From NCBI GenBank assembly GCA_003862195.1, contig QOUO01000009.1, positions 21 through 64,020 of the forward strand: a stretch of 64,000 nucleotides of DNA, given 5' to 3'. The notes beneath the pieces were generated by a model that ran no database searches, was not told where the DNA came from, and was given only the letters and a program-made list of their open reading frames with translations. The number at the start of each line of letters is the position of its first letter. The stretch's first letter is position 1. The translations under genes were made by a program, and so were the position numbers. The stretch is from Coriobacteriaceae bacterium. Its GTDB lineage: Bacteria; Actinomycetota; Coriobacteriia; Coriobacteriales; Atopobiaceae. Shown here one piece after another: positions 46,270 to 55,920 of the stretch.

Positions 46270-46464
46270 TTCCGGTGCACGCGGGCCAGTAAAACTTCCG
46301 CCGCACCACCGGCCCCCGCCCGCCGCGCCAACCAGCCCGCCTCCGGAAGCGCCACATGCCAGCCGTGCACCAGCCACTAGGATGTATGAAATCAGAAACT
46401 AATTGCATCCATCTGCCACAGGCTGGCAACAACCGCAGCTTAAGGCCACAAGGTGAGGAGTCGC

Positions 46465-48408
46465 ATGCCGCAGGCATCCACGCAGCAAACGTCCGCAAAC
46501 ACGCAACCGTCTGAGGCCGGCCGCGAGGAGCGCCTCAGGTACTCGCGCCTCCTCGCGCAGCGCTTCCCCAACCGCCGCGCCGCCATGAGCGAGATCATCA
46601 ACCTTCGCACCATCCTGTCGCTCCCGCGCGGCACGGACCACTTCATCAGCGACGTCCACGGCGAGTACGAGGCCTTCCAGCACATCCTCAACAACTGCTC
46701 CGGCGTCATCCGCGAGCAGATCCGCGTCATCTTCACGCCCGAGCTCGACGCCCACCAGCAGGCCGACCTCCGCACCCTCGTCTACTATCCGCGCGAGAAG
46801 ATCGAGCGCACGCGGCTGGACGGGGCCCTCGACCGCCAGTGGTACCTCGACAACCTGTATCGCCTGGTCAGGCTCGCGCGCTGGATCGCCGGCAAGTACA
46901 CGCGCTCCAAGGTGCGCAAGGCCATGCCCGCCGAGTACGCCTACATCATGGACGAGCTCATGCACGCCACGCGCGACGAGGAGAAGGTCCGCCACGCCTA
47001 CCACCAGTCGATCCTCGAGTCCGTGGTGGACACCGGCGCGGCCGACGACTTCATCGAGGCGCTCGCGAACCTCATCAAGCGGCTCGCCGTCGACCGCCTC
47101 CACGTGGTGGGCGACGTCTTCGACCGCGGCGCGCACGCGGACAAGGTCATGCACACCATCGAGCACCACCCCTCCGTGGACGTGGAGTGGGGCAACCACG
47201 ACGCCGCCTGGATGGGCGCCGCCTGCGGCTCGCTCGCATGCATCTGCTCGGTCGTGCGCACCTGCGTGCGCTACGGCACGCTCGCCGCCATCGAGAGCGG
47301 CTACGGCATCAGCCTGCGCGAGCTCGCGCTCTTCGCGGGCGCCACCTACAGCGCCGACGACGCCATCCCGCCCTTCGAGAAGGCCATCGACGTCATGCTC
47401 TTCAAGGTCGAGGGTCAGACCTACCGCCGCCACCCGGACTGGCTCCGCGCCAACGAGCGCGTCCTCCTCGACAAGATGGACCTCGACCGTGGCACCGTAC
47501 GCATCGGCAATCGCGACTGGCCGCTCGCCACGCGCGACTTCCCCACCATCGACACCGCTGACCCCTTCGCGCTCTCCGCGGGCGAGAAGGACGTGCTCCA
47601 GGGGCTCGCGGCCGCCTTCCGCGACGCGGACCGCCTCCATCGGCACGTCGCGTTCCTGTACGAGGAGGGCTCCATCTACCGCGTGTGCGACGGCAACCTG
47701 CTCCTTCACGGCTGCGTCCCGCTACGCGAGGACGGCTCGCTCCAGGACGTGATGTGCGACGGCACGCCGCTCAGCGGCAGGGCCTACCTGGACTTTTGCG
47801 ACCGCATGGCGCGTCGCGCCTGGACCCGCGGCGACCAGGACGCCCTCGACTGGATGTACTACCTCTGGTGTGGCGCGCACTCCCCGCTCTCCGGCCGCGT
47901 CGTCAAGACGTTCGAGCGCGCCTTCGTGAGCGACCGCGCCGCCTGGGCGGAGCCGCGCGACCCCTACTTCGACCTCGCCAACCGCGCGGACGTGTGCGAG
48001 AAGATCCTGGCGGAGTTCGGCCTCACGGGCCCGGAGTGCCGCATCATCAACGGCCACACGCCCGTGCGCGCCGCCGCGGGAGAGAGCCCCGTGCGCGCGG
48101 GTGGGCGCCGCATCATCATCGACGGCGGCTTCTGCGAGGCATACCACGAGAAGTGCGGCATCGCCGGCTACACGCTCGTCTCGGGCTCGCACGACCTGCG
48201 CATCAAGGCGCACCGTCCCTTCCTGGGCATCGAGGCCGCACTGGACGACAACGCGGACATCATGAGCGAAAGCGACGTCATCCGCCGCTACGACCACCAG
48301 GTCCTCGTGGGCGAGACGGACCGCGGCCGCGAGCTCCGCCGCCAGATCGCGGACCTGGAGGACCTGCTTGCCGCCTTCCTTGACGGCAGCATCCCCGAGC
48401 ACCTGTAG
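46465..48408 (+). CDS. fbp: fructose-1,6-bisphosphatase, class 3
   Basis: About 650 aa with HFISDVHGEYEAFQHILNN and a metallophosphoesterase-like core typical of Firmicutes-type FBPase III. GTGAGGAG SD before ATG 46465. Confidence 0.8.
   Translation: MPQASTQQTSANTQPSEAGREERLRYSRLLAQRFPNRRAAMSEIINLRTILSLPRGTDHFISDVHGEYEAFQHILNNCSGVIREQIRVIFTPELDAHQQADLRTLVYYPREKIERTRLDGALDRQWYLDNLYRLVRLARWIAGKYTRSKVRKAMPAEYAYIMDELMHATRDEEKVRHAYHQSILESVVDTGAADDFIEALANLIKRLAVDRLHVVGDVFDRGAHADKVMHTIEHHPSVDVEWGNHDAAWMGAACGSLACICSVVRTCVRYGTLAAIESGYGISLRELALFAGATYSADDAIPPFEKAIDVMLFKVEGQTYRRHPDWLRANERVLLDKMDLDRGTVRIGNRDWPLATRDFPTIDTADPFALSAGEKDVLQGLAAAFRDADRLHRHVAFLYEEGSIYRVCDGNLLLHGCVPLREDGSLQDVMCDGTPLSGRAYLDFCDRMARRAWTRGDQDALDWMYYLWCGAHSPLSGRVVKTFERAFVSDRAAWAEPRDPYFDLANRADVCEKILAEFGLTGPECRIINGHTPVRAAAGESPVRAGGRRIIIDGGFCEAYHEKCGIAGYTLVSGSHDLRIKAHRPFLGIEAALDDNADIMSESDVIRRYDHQVLVGETDRGRELRRQIADLEDLLAAFLDGSIPEHL
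47580..47592 (+). repeat. 13-mer repeat copy GGGCGAGAAGGAC
   Basis: Exact. Sense in fbp, read as G-E-K-D. Confidence 0.95.
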
Positions 48409-48476
48409 CGGCGCCCGGGGATGCCCGCCCGCAGGCGCGCCTTGCGCCCGCGGGTCTTAACTTGTATGTCTTGCAG

Positions 48477-51101
48477 CTACCTGACGGCCACGACCTTGTA
48501 GCCCGCGTCCGCGACGGCCTTCTCGAGCTTCTTGTTGCTCACGAGCGGGCCCGCGTCCAGGGTGGCGTTCTTGTCCTCCAGCGAGACGTGCACGTTCTTG
48601 ACGCCGCGCACGCCCTCGAGCGCCTCGGTCACGTGCGCCACGCAGTGCTCGCACATCATGCCCTCGATGTCCAGCGTCTTGCTTGCCATATCCGTACTTC
48701 CTTCCGTATCTGCCGCGGCATCCTCCGCCGCGACGCCTTCCGTCACCTTCGCACGCGTCGCGCTCGCGGCGCCTGCGGTCTTGCCACTTGGCTTCCACGC
48801 GAAGAGTCTCAGCGCGTTGGAGACCACGAACACGGAGCTGAAGCCCATGGCCGCCGCGCCCACCATCGGGTTGAGCGTGATGCCCACCGGCGTGAGCACG
48901 CCCATGGCCACGGGGATGCAGATGGCGTTGTAGAACAGCGCCCAGAACAGGTTCTGCCTGATGTCGCGCATGGTCGCGCGGGAAAGCTCGATGGCGGTCG
49001 CCACGTCCGCCGGGTCGGAGTGCATGAGCACCACGTCCGCGGAGCTGATGGCCACGTCCGTGCCGGCGCCGATGGCGATGCCCACGTCGGCGCGGGCCAG
49101 GGCCGGTGCGTCGTTGATGCCGTCGCCCACCATGGCCACCTTGTGGCCGGCGCGCTGGAGCTCGTGCACCTTCTGCTCCTTCTGGTCGGGCAGCACGCCC
49201 GCCACGACCTCGTCCACGCCCACCTGGTCGGCGATGACCTGGGCGGTCTTGGGCTGGTCGCCCGTGAGCATGATCGTGCGGACGCCCATCTGGCGCAGGC
49301 GCGCCACGGCGTCGGCGGAGGTCGCCTTCACCACGTCCGCCACGCCCAGGAGGCCAAGCGCCTTGCCGTCACGGGCAAAGAAGAGCGGCGTCTTCGCGGC
49401 CGCGGCGAGCGTGTCCGCCGTGCCGGCGAGCTCGCCCAGGTCCACGCCCTCCTCGGACATGAGGCGCGCGTTGCCCGCCAGGGCGCGCTTGCCGTCGACA
49501 ACGGCCCTGATGCCGCCACCGGCCACCTGGGTGAAGTCCGTGACCGTGGCGTCAGCGGCAACGCCGTCGCCCACGTAGTCGCAGACCGCCTGGGCCAGCG
49601 GGTGCTCGCTCTTGCGCTCGAGCGCCGCGGCCACGTAGAGCAGGTCCTTCTCGCCCGCGCCAGAAGCGGTCGCAACGTCGGTCACCTTTGGCTTGCCTTC
49701 CGTGACGGTGCCCGTCTTGTCGAGCACGACGGTGTCAAGGGAACCGGCAGTCTCTAGCGAGTCCGCGCTCTTGATGAGGATGCCCACCTTGGCGCCGCGC
49801 TCCGTGCCCACCATGATGGCCGTGGGCGTGGCGAGGCCCAGCGCGCAGGGGCAGCTGATGACCAGCACGGAGACCGCGTGGTTGAAGGCCACGGCAAAGT
49901 TGGCCGGGTCGAGAAACGCGACCCACGCCACCAGCGTCACGGCCGCGATCGCCATGACCACGGGCACGAACACGCCCGCGATGCGGTCGGCCTGGCGCTC
50001 GATGGGCGCCTTTGAGTTGGTGGCCTCGTCCACCAGGCGGATGATGTTCGCGAGCGTGGTGTCGCCGCCGACGGCGGTGGCCTCCATCTTGAACCAGCCG
50101 CGCTCGGACACCGTGGCGCCCGTCACGCGGTCGCCCACGCCCTTCTCCGCGGGAACGGGCTCGCCCGTGATGGCGGACTCGTCCACGGAGGCCTGACCCT
50201 CGCGCACGACGCCGTCGACGGGGACGGACTCGCCCGCACGCACCACCAGGACGTCGCCCACGCGCACGTCCGTGGTGGGGACGGTCTGCTCCTGGCCGTC
50301 GCGCACGACCGTGGCGGTCTTGGGCGCCAGGTTCATGAGGGCGGATATCGAGCTGGTGGTCTTGCCCTTGGCGCGCGCCTCGAAGTACTTGCCGAGGGTG
50401 ATGAGCACGAGGATCGTGCCGGCGGAATCGAAGAACAGGCTGTTCATCATCGCGCTGTGGGCCGCGGCCATGTCCATGCGGCCAAGGGCCGCGGCCATCT
50501 GATAGATGCCCACCACGCTGTAGCCAAAGCTCGCCGCCGAGCCGATGGCGATGAGCGAGTCCATGTTGGGCGCGAGGTGGAAGAGCGACTTGAAGCCGCG
50601 CACGAAGTAGCCGCGGTTGACGAAGATGACGCACATGGCCAGCATGAGCTGCGTCACGGCGGAGGCCATCATGCCCTGCATGCCCGCGAGGCCGGGGACC
50701 TCGGGCCAACCGAGCATCGGGCCCATCGCAAGGTAGAAGAGGGGGACGCCAAACACGAGCGACCACACGAGCTGGCGCTGCTTGGCGAGCACCGCCTTCT
50801 TGGCACTTACCTGCGGGTCCACGAACTCCGGCTCGGCCTTGCCGGCGACGGAAGCCGCCTGGCTGCGCGGCTTAGCGCCGTAGCCCGCCTTGTCGATCGC
50901 CTTGACGACGGCCTCCACGGTCTTGGGGTTTCCGTCGTACTCGAGCTCCATCGAGTTCTTGAGCAGGTTCACGTTTGCGGCGGACACGCCCTTGACGGCG
51001 GCCGCCGACTTCTGCACGCGGGCCTCGCAGGCCGCGCACGTCATGCCCGTGATGTCGAAGGTCTCCTTCGACGGGGCGGTTGCGGTACCCAAGCTTTTCA
51101 C
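48477..51101 (-). CDS. copA: copper-translocating P1B-type ATPase with N-terminal and C-terminal HMA domains
   Basis: GMTCAACE N-terminal HMA, CPC TM motif, [14 protein letters not shown]-terminal extra HMA ([20 protein letters not shown]...). Confidence 0.9.
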   Translation of the reverse strand: MKSLGTATAPSKETFDITGMTCAACEARVQKSAAAVKGVSAANVNLLKNSMELEYDGNPKTVEAVVKAIDKAGYGAKPRSQAASVAGKAEPEFVDPQVSAKKAVLAKQRQLVWSLVFGVPLFYLAMGPMLGWPEVPGLAGMQGMMASAVTQLMLAMCVIFVNRGYFVRGFKSLFHLAPNMDSLIAIGSAASFGYSVVGIYQMAAALGRMDMAAAHSAMMNSLFFDSAGTILVLITLGKYFEARAKGKTTSSISALMNLAPKTATVVRDGQEQTVPTTDVRVGDVLVVRAGESVPVDGVVREGQASVDESAITGEPVPAEKGVGDRVTGATVSERGWFKMEATAVGGDTTLANIIRLVDEATNSKAPIERQADRIAGVFVPVVMAIAAVTLVAWVAFLDPANFAVAFNHAVSVLVISCPCALGLATPTAIMVGTERGAKVGILIKSADSLETAGSLDTVVLDKTGTVTEGKPKVTDVATASGAGEKDLLYVAAALERKSEHPLAQAVCDYVGDGVAADATVTDFTQVAGGGIRAVVDGKRALAGNARLMSEEGVDLGELAGTADTLAAAAKTPLFFARDGKALGLLGVADVVKATSADAVARLRQMGVRTIMLTGDQPKTAQVIADQVGVDEVVAGVLPDQKEQKVHELQRAGHKVAMVGDGINDAPALARADVGIAIGAGTDVAISSADVVLMHSDPADVATAIELSRATMRDIRQNLFWALFYNAICIPVAMGVLTPVGITLNPMVGAAAMGFSSVFVVSNALRLFAWKPSGKTAGAASATRAKVTEGVAAEDAAADTEGSTDMASKTLDIEGMMCEHCVAHVTEALEGVRGVKNVHVSLEDKNATLDAGPLVSNKKLEKAVADAGYKVVAVR
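49644..49656 (-). repeat. 13-mer repeat copy GGGCGAGAAGGAC
   Basis: Exact. Sense in copA, read as G-E-K-D. Confidence 0.95.
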
Positions 51102-51114
51102 CTCCCGGCGGCGC

Positions 51115-51543
51115 CTACGCGCCGAACTTCTTGAGCAGGTCCATGATCTCGTCCACGACCTCCGTGTCGCCCTGCTGGATGCGCTCGACCACGCAGGTGT
51201 GCAGGTGGTCCTTCATGATGATGCGGCTCACGGCCTTGATGGCGCTTTCCGCCGCGGCGAGCTGCGTGAGCACGTCGCCGCAGTAGCGGCCGTCCTCCAC
51301 CATGCTCTTGACGCCGTTGAGCTGGCCGATCGCGCGGTTGAGGCGGCGGGTCACGTCGCGCTGCAGCTCTTCGGAGCGCGGCGTGTGCTTGTAGGCCACG
51401 CCGTCGGCGTCGGCGCCGGTGCCGCCCGAGCACGCCGGGCAGCCCGGCGTCACGTCCTTCTCGCCCTGCGTTGTGGCTGCCTTTGCCTCGGCCTCTGCCA
51501 CGACCTTGGGCTCCTGCGTCAGCTCCGCCATGATGACCTCCAA
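51115..51543 (-). CDS. csoR: CsoR family metal-sensing transcriptional repressor
   Basis: [35 protein letters not shown]...HLHTC core, with an N-terminal extension of about 55 aa. Confidence 0.85.
   Translation of the reverse strand: MEVIMAELTQEPKVVAEAEAKAATTQGEKDVTPGCPACSGGTGADADGVAYKHTPRSEELQRDVTRRLNRAIGQLNGVKSMVEDGRYCGDVLTQLAAAESAIKAVSRIIMKDHLHTCVVERIQQGDTEVVDEIMDLLKKFGA
51454..51466 (-). repeat. 13-mer repeat copy GGGCGAGAAGGAC
   Basis: Exact. Sense in the csoR N-terminal extension, read as G-E-K-D. Confidence 0.95.
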
Positions 51544-51590
51544 ACACGCCGCGACACGCGGCGGACGATGTTGCCTCGCAAGCCCCTTTG

Positions 51591-51606
51591 ATACCCCGTG
51601 GGGGTT
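51591..51606. promoter_or_regulatory. CsoR-type operator, site 1
   Basis: ATACCCC-GTG-GGGGTT, a GC-tract pseudo-palindrome of the kind bound by CsoR repressors. Confidence 0.55.
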
Positions 51607-51617
51607 TGCTGTCGCCT

Positions 51618-51646
51618 AAGCTATACCCCTAAAGGGTATTTGTCAA
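51618..51646 (-). promoter_or_regulatory. csoR-copA promoter with the CsoR operator (site 2) in its spacer
   Basis: Minus strand reads TTGACA (51646-51641), a 17-nt spacer, then TAGCTT (51623-51618). The spacer is the palindrome ATACCC-TTTAG-GGGTAT (51623-51639). Confidence 0.6.
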
Positions 51647-51788
51647 AGCGAGAAGAACGGGTGCATCGCGCGCGACACATCCCCTTCACATCGGGCCCAC
51701 ACGCGGCCGCCGCCCCGCGCGCCGGGGGCGCGCCGCGCCGCCAGCCCCTATAATCAGTGCAATCGACAAGGCATCCCAAGGAGCATGC

Positions 51789-53885
51789 ATGGCTTTTCTC
51801 CCCGTCAACAGGCAGGACATGGCAGAGCGCGGCTGGGACCAGTGCGACTTCGTGTTTGTGTGCGGAGACGCGTACGTGGATCACTCGTCGTTTGGCATGG
51901 CCATCATCACGCGCACGCTCGAGGCGCACGGCTACAAGGTGGGCGTGATCTGCCAGCCGGATTGGCGCGACGAGAAGAGCGTGCAGGTCCTTGGCGAGCC
52001 GCGCCTGGCGTTTCTGGTATCGAGCGGCAACATGGACTCCATGGTCAACCACTACACGGTGGCCAAGCGCCGCCGCAGCGAGGACTTCTACTCCCCCGGC
52101 GGCAAGATGGGCCTGCGCCCGGACCACGCCACCGTGGTGTACTCCAACCTCATCCGCAGGGTCTACCGCCACGTGCCCATCGTGCTGGGCGGGATCGAGG
52201 CGTCGCTGCGCCGCCTTGCCCACTACGACTACTGGTCAAACTCGCTCAAGCGCTCGATCCTCCTGGACAGCGGCGCCGACCTGCTGATATACGGCATGGG
52301 CGAGCGCTCCGTTGTCGAGGTGGCGGACGCGCTGGACTCCGGCCTCCCCGTGGACCAGGTCACGTGGATCCACGGCACCGTGTACCGCACGCGCACGACG
52401 GAGGACGTGGACCGGCCGCTCGCGCTCCCCACTTGGGAGCAGATGCGCGCGGACAAGCTCGAGTACGCCCGCAGCTTTGGCATCCAAAGCAGGAACCTCG
52501 ACCCGTTTAGCGCGCGCACGCTGGTGGAGGAATACCCCCACGGCGTATACGTGGTGCAGAACCCGCCGACCATGCCGCTCACCACGGAGCAGATGGACGA
52601 GACGTACGAGCTCCCGTACGAGCGCACCTACCACCCCATGTACGAGGCCGCCGGCGGCGTCCCCGCCATCAAGGAGGTCAAGTTCTCCATCGCCAACAAC
52701 CGCGGCTGCCTGGGGCAGTGCAGCTTCTGCGCGCTCAACTTCCACGAGGGCCGCATCATCCAGAGCCGCAGCCACGCCTCCATCCTGCGCGAGGCGCGCC
52801 TCATGACGCAGGACCCGGACTTCAAGGGCTACATAAGCGACCTTTCCGGCCCCACGGCAGACTTCCGCATCCCCGCTTGCGCCAAGCAGCTCAAGAGCGG
52901 CGCGTGCCCCAACCGCCGCTGCCTGGCGCCCGAGCCCTGCCCCAACCTGCGCGTCACGCACGAGGACCTGGTCCAGCTCCTGCGCGAGCTCCGCGCCATC
53001 CCCGGCATCAAGAAGGTCTTCATCCGCAGCGGCATCCGCTTTGACTACGCCATGCTCGACCACGACCACACCTTCATAAAGGAGCTGGCGGAGTACCACA
53101 CATCCGGCCAGCTGCGCCTGGCGCCCGAGCACATATCCGACCAGGTGCTCGAGATCATGGGCAAGCCGCACAACCACATGTACGAGGACTTCTGCAAGGA
53201 GTTCGAGAAGTACAGCCGCGCCGCCGGCAAGGAGCAGTACGTGCTGCCCTACCTCATGAGCAGCCACCCCGGCTCCACCATGCGCGAGGCCGTCAAGCTC
53301 GCGGAGTTCTGCCGCGACCTGGGCTACAACCCCGAGCAGGTGAGCGACTTCTATCCCACGCCGTCCACGGTGTCTACCTGCATCTTCTATACCGGCGTGG
53401 ACCCGCGCACCATGAAGCACGTCTACTGCCCCACCAACCCGCACGAGAAGGCCATGCAGCGCGCGCTCATCCAGTACCGCAACCCCAAGAACTACGACCT
53501 GGTGGTCGAGGCGCTGCACATCGCGCACCGCGAGGACCTCATCGGCTACGGCCCCAAGTGCCTGGTCAGGCCCGACGGCCCGTGGCACTCCAAGGAGGAT
53601 TCCAAGGGCGAGAAGAACAACGGCCACGGCGGCAGCCGCAGGCGCTCCGGCGGCAAGGGCCGTGGTGGCAACGCCGGCAACGGCGGCCGCAACCACGGCA
53701 AGTCCCAGGGACAGGGCCAGCCTCGAGGCAAGGGTCAGGGCGGCAAGGGGCCGCGCGCCAACGCAGCGGGCGGCCGCGGCGCCGGCCAGCACGCGGATGC
53801 CCAGCACAGCACGTACGCCTCACGCGGACGCCACCCCGGCAAGAGGGCGCACCGCGGCGGTAACCAGCACGGCGGCCAGCGCTAG
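51789..53885 (+). CDS. ygiQ: YgiQ family (UPF0313) radical SAM protein
   Basis: N-terminus MAFLPVNRQDMAERGWDQCDFVFVCGDAYVDH, a CxxxCxxC-type block (CLGQCSFCALNFH), and a Gly/Arg-rich basic tail. Confidence 0.85.
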   Translation: MAFLPVNRQDMAERGWDQCDFVFVCGDAYVDHSSFGMAIITRTLEAHGYKVGVICQPDWRDEKSVQVLGEPRLAFLVSSGNMDSMVNHYTVAKRRRSEDFYSPGGKMGLRPDHATVVYSNLIRRVYRHVPIVLGGIEASLRRLAHYDYWSNSLKRSILLDSGADLLIYGMGERSVVEVADALDSGLPVDQVTWIHGTVYRTRTTEDVDRPLALPTWEQMRADKLEYARSFGIQSRNLDPFSARTLVEEYPHGVYVVQNPPTMPLTTEQMDETYELPYERTYHPMYEAAGGVPAIKEVKFSIANNRGCLGQCSFCALNFHEGRIIQSRSHASILREARLMTQDPDFKGYISDLSGPTADFRIPACAKQLKSGACPNRRCLAPEPCPNLRVTHEDLVQLLRELRAIPGIKKVFIRSGIRFDYAMLDHDHTFIKELAEYHTSGQLRLAPEHISDQVLEIMGKPHNHMYEDFCKEFEKYSRAAGKEQYVLPYLMSSHPGSTMREAVKLAEFCRDLGYNPEQVSDFYPTPSTVSTCIFYTGVDPRTMKHVYCPTNPHEKAMQRALIQYRNPKNYDLVVEALHIAHREDLIGYGPKCLVRPDGPWHSKEDSKGEKNNGHGGSRRRSGGKGRGGNAGNGGRNHGKSQGQGQPRGKGQGGKGPRANAAGGRGAGQHADAQHSTYASRGRHPGKRAHRGGNQHGGQR
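53606..53618 (+). repeat. 13-mer repeat copy GGGCGAGAAGAAC
   Basis: Exact. Sense in the ygiQ tail, read as G-E-K-N. Confidence 0.95.
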
Positions 53886-53901
53886 CCGAGGGCGGCGCTG
53901 G

Positions 53902-53927
53902 CCTGGGGGCCGTACTTCTCCCCCAGG
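53902..53927. terminator. hairpin between convergent ygiQ and SAS genes
   Basis: CCTGGGGG / CCCCCAGG 8-bp stem with a 10-nt loop. Followed on the plus strand by GATGCTCTTCTCGCCC (a 13-mer repeat copy). Confidence 0.4.
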
Positions 53928-53930
53928 GAT

Positions 53931-53943
53931 GCTCTTCTCGCCC
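53931..53943 (-). repeat. 13-mer repeat copy GGGCGAGAAGAGC
   Basis: Exact. Convergent intergenic region, next to a hairpin. Confidence 0.95.
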
Positions 53944-53947
53944 GCGC

Positions 53948-54610
53948 CTACGCCCGCCTGATGGCGTCGCGCAGCGTCTGCATGTCCAGGTCCACGCTCG
54001 CGATCTCGTCCGCGCAGCGCTTCAGCTCCTGCGTCAGCAGCTCCGGGTTCTTGATCGTCTTCTTGTACTTCATCTTGTGCTCGAGCGTCGCCCAGAAGTC
54101 CGTGGCCACGGTGCGAATCTGGATCTCGCTCGAGGGAAGGAACGCGGCCGGGCCGCTCGTGAACCGCACGTTCATGTGGTAGCTCCGGTAGCCGTTGGGC
54201 TTGGGGTGCCTGATGTAGTCCTTGGTGCGGAGCACCTCCACGTTGGGCTGCTCGCCGATCCAGCGCGCCGCGGCGTACACGTCGTCCCCAAACGCACAGA
54301 TGATGCGCAGCCCCAGGATGTCCTGCACGTTCGTGGCGATGGCGTCGGCCAGGGACGCGCCGCTGCCGCCCTTGCGCGCGATCTTCTCCACCAGGCTCGC
54401 CGGGGACTTGATGCGCGACGTGTGGTACACCACGGGCTTCAGGTCGTCGGAGTCGCCCGCGGTCGCGGCAAAGCCCTCCGCCAGCCCGTCAAGCTGCGCC
54501 AGCGCCGCCTGGAGCCGCGGGTAGTCCGCGCCGTAGAACTCCTCCGGCGTCCGCCCCGCCACGATCGCGCCTCCGTTGCCGGAGCCGCCGTTGCCGTTCT
54601 GGCCGTCCAT
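53948..54610 (-). CDS. small alarmone synthetase (RelA/SpoT-domain GTP pyrophosphokinase, RelP/RelQ-like)
   Basis: ILGLRIICAF, NGYRSYHMNV and EIQIRTVATDFWATLEHK synthetase motifs. The start overlaps the kinase stop (GTGATGG). Confidence 0.8.
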   Translation of the reverse strand: MDGQNGNGGSGNGGAIVAGRTPEEFYGADYPRLQAALAQLDGLAEGFAATAGDSDDLKPVVYHTSRIKSPASLVEKIARKGGSGASLADAIATNVQDILGLRIICAFGDDVYAAARWIGEQPNVEVLRTKDYIRHPKPNGYRSYHMNVRFTSGPAAFLPSSEIQIRTVATDFWATLEHKMKYKKTIKNPELLTQELKRCADEIASVDLDMQTLRDAIRRA

Positions 54611-55920
54611 CACTTCGCATCCCCCTCACGGCGCCGTCCGCGCCGGAATCCGCCCTTCACAAAACCGGAGATCGCGTTCGCGCGCGACCTCGCCTGCGGG
54701 TCGCGCCGCGTCGGCAGCGTCACGGTCATGGTGACCCCGCTGCCGTCGGGCTTGGCCTCCGCGCGGGCCTTGCCGCCGTGGGCGCGCGCGACGGCCGCCA
54801 CCATGCTGAGCCCGATGCCAAAGCCGCCCGCCTCGTGCGTCCGCGCGCGGTCTGACTGGTAGAACCGCCCAAACCAGAGGCCGACCTCCTTGGGGTCCAC
54901 CCCCTCGGTCTCGTTGGAGACGGTCAGCTCGGCCTGGTGCAGGTGGTGCCCCTCCAGGCGCACCTCGATCTTTCCGCCCGCGACGGAGTACTTGAAGGCG
55001 TTGTCGATCAGCGCCCCCACCATGCGCTGCAGGTACTGCTCGTTGCCACGCACGTACACGTTGGGCTCCACGTCGCAGCTGAGCGGGTGGCCCTCCGTCA
55101 GCACGCGCGACTTAAACCCCTTGGCCTCGCGCTCCACCACGTCGGACAGGTTGACCATGCCGATGGTGCGCTCGTCCTCCGTCGCCGCGCGCGAAAGCAC
55201 GATGAGGCTCTCGGTGAGCCCGCTCATGACGCCCACCTGGTCCTTTATGTCGTCGATCCACTCGTTCTCGCCCACGTCCATGGCCAGCACGTCCGCGTCG
55301 GCCGAAATGATGGAGAGCGGCGTCCTCAGGTCGTGCCCCGCGTCGATCACAAACTGCCGCTGGCTCTCGTGCGCGCTCACGATCGGTCGCACGATGCGCT
55401 TCGACACCAGCATGAAGATGACCGTCACCACCACGACGCCACCCGCGTACACCATCATCTCGTCCGTCACGCTGTCGTTCAGCGCCGCGATCTGCCGGTC
55501 ACGGTCGAGAAGGACGACGGTCTTCGTCCCGTCCGCCTCGGACTGCACGCGGTAGCGGAACTTGCCCACGTAGCCGCAGTCCTGGCTGCGTGCCAGCGCC
55601 CGCTTTACCAGGGTGGCGGCCTCGCTTGAGTCAACGGTCGCAACATGGTCCAGGTTCGCGTCCTCCACGGTGCCGTCCGCGTTCACGGTCGCCATGAGGT
55701 AGCGCATCTCGTAAAAGCCCTCGATCTTGCTGCTCGAGTAGCCGGACATGTCCTTGGGCGTCTCGCCGTCGTTCTCGATGATCTGGTCGATCGCCTTGTC
55801 CGCGTCCACGTCCACCTGCGCTCGGCGCACCATGTACGTGCCCACGAACATCACGCCCAGCAGCACCACGAGCGCCGCTGCCACAAAGAGCGTCAGCTGT
55901 ATGCGGAGCCTACGCTCCAC
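54610..55920 (-). CDS. sensor histidine kinase
   Basis: Two TM segments, H-box DAGHDLRTPLS, N box, G boxes (GGFGIGLSMV). GTG 55920 overlaps the response regulator end by 11 nt. Confidence 0.85.
   Translation of the reverse strand: MERRLRIQLTLFVAAALVVLLGVMFVGTYMVRRAQVDVDADKAIDQIIENDGETPKDMSGYSSSKIEGFYEMRYLMATVNADGTVEDANLDHVATVDSSEAATLVKRALARSQDCGYVGKFRYRVQSEADGTKTVVLLDRDRQIAALNDSVTDEMMVYAGGVVVVTVIFMLVSKRIVRPIVSAHESQRQFVIDAGHDLRTPLSIISADADVLAMDVGENEWIDDIKDQVGVMSGLTESLIVLSRAATEDERTIGMVNLSDVVEREAKGFKSRVLTEGHPLSCDVEPNVYVRGNEQYLQRMVGALIDNAFKYSVAGGKIEVRLEGHHLHQAELTVSNETEGVDPKEVGLWFGRFYQSDRARTHEAGGFGIGLSMVAAVARAHGGKARAEAKPDGSGVTMTVTLPTRRDPQARSRANAISGFVKGGFRRGRRREGDAK

Noticed and set aside
45547-46450. 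Protein-coding potential of ORFs 45786..46292, 46196..46402 and others in the 900-bp gap
   Set aside because: Their translations are repetitive and Arg/Pro/Gly-rich, and they cross the terminator and the MITE-like repeats. Only the 44-codon frame at 45820 has an SD and a terminator.
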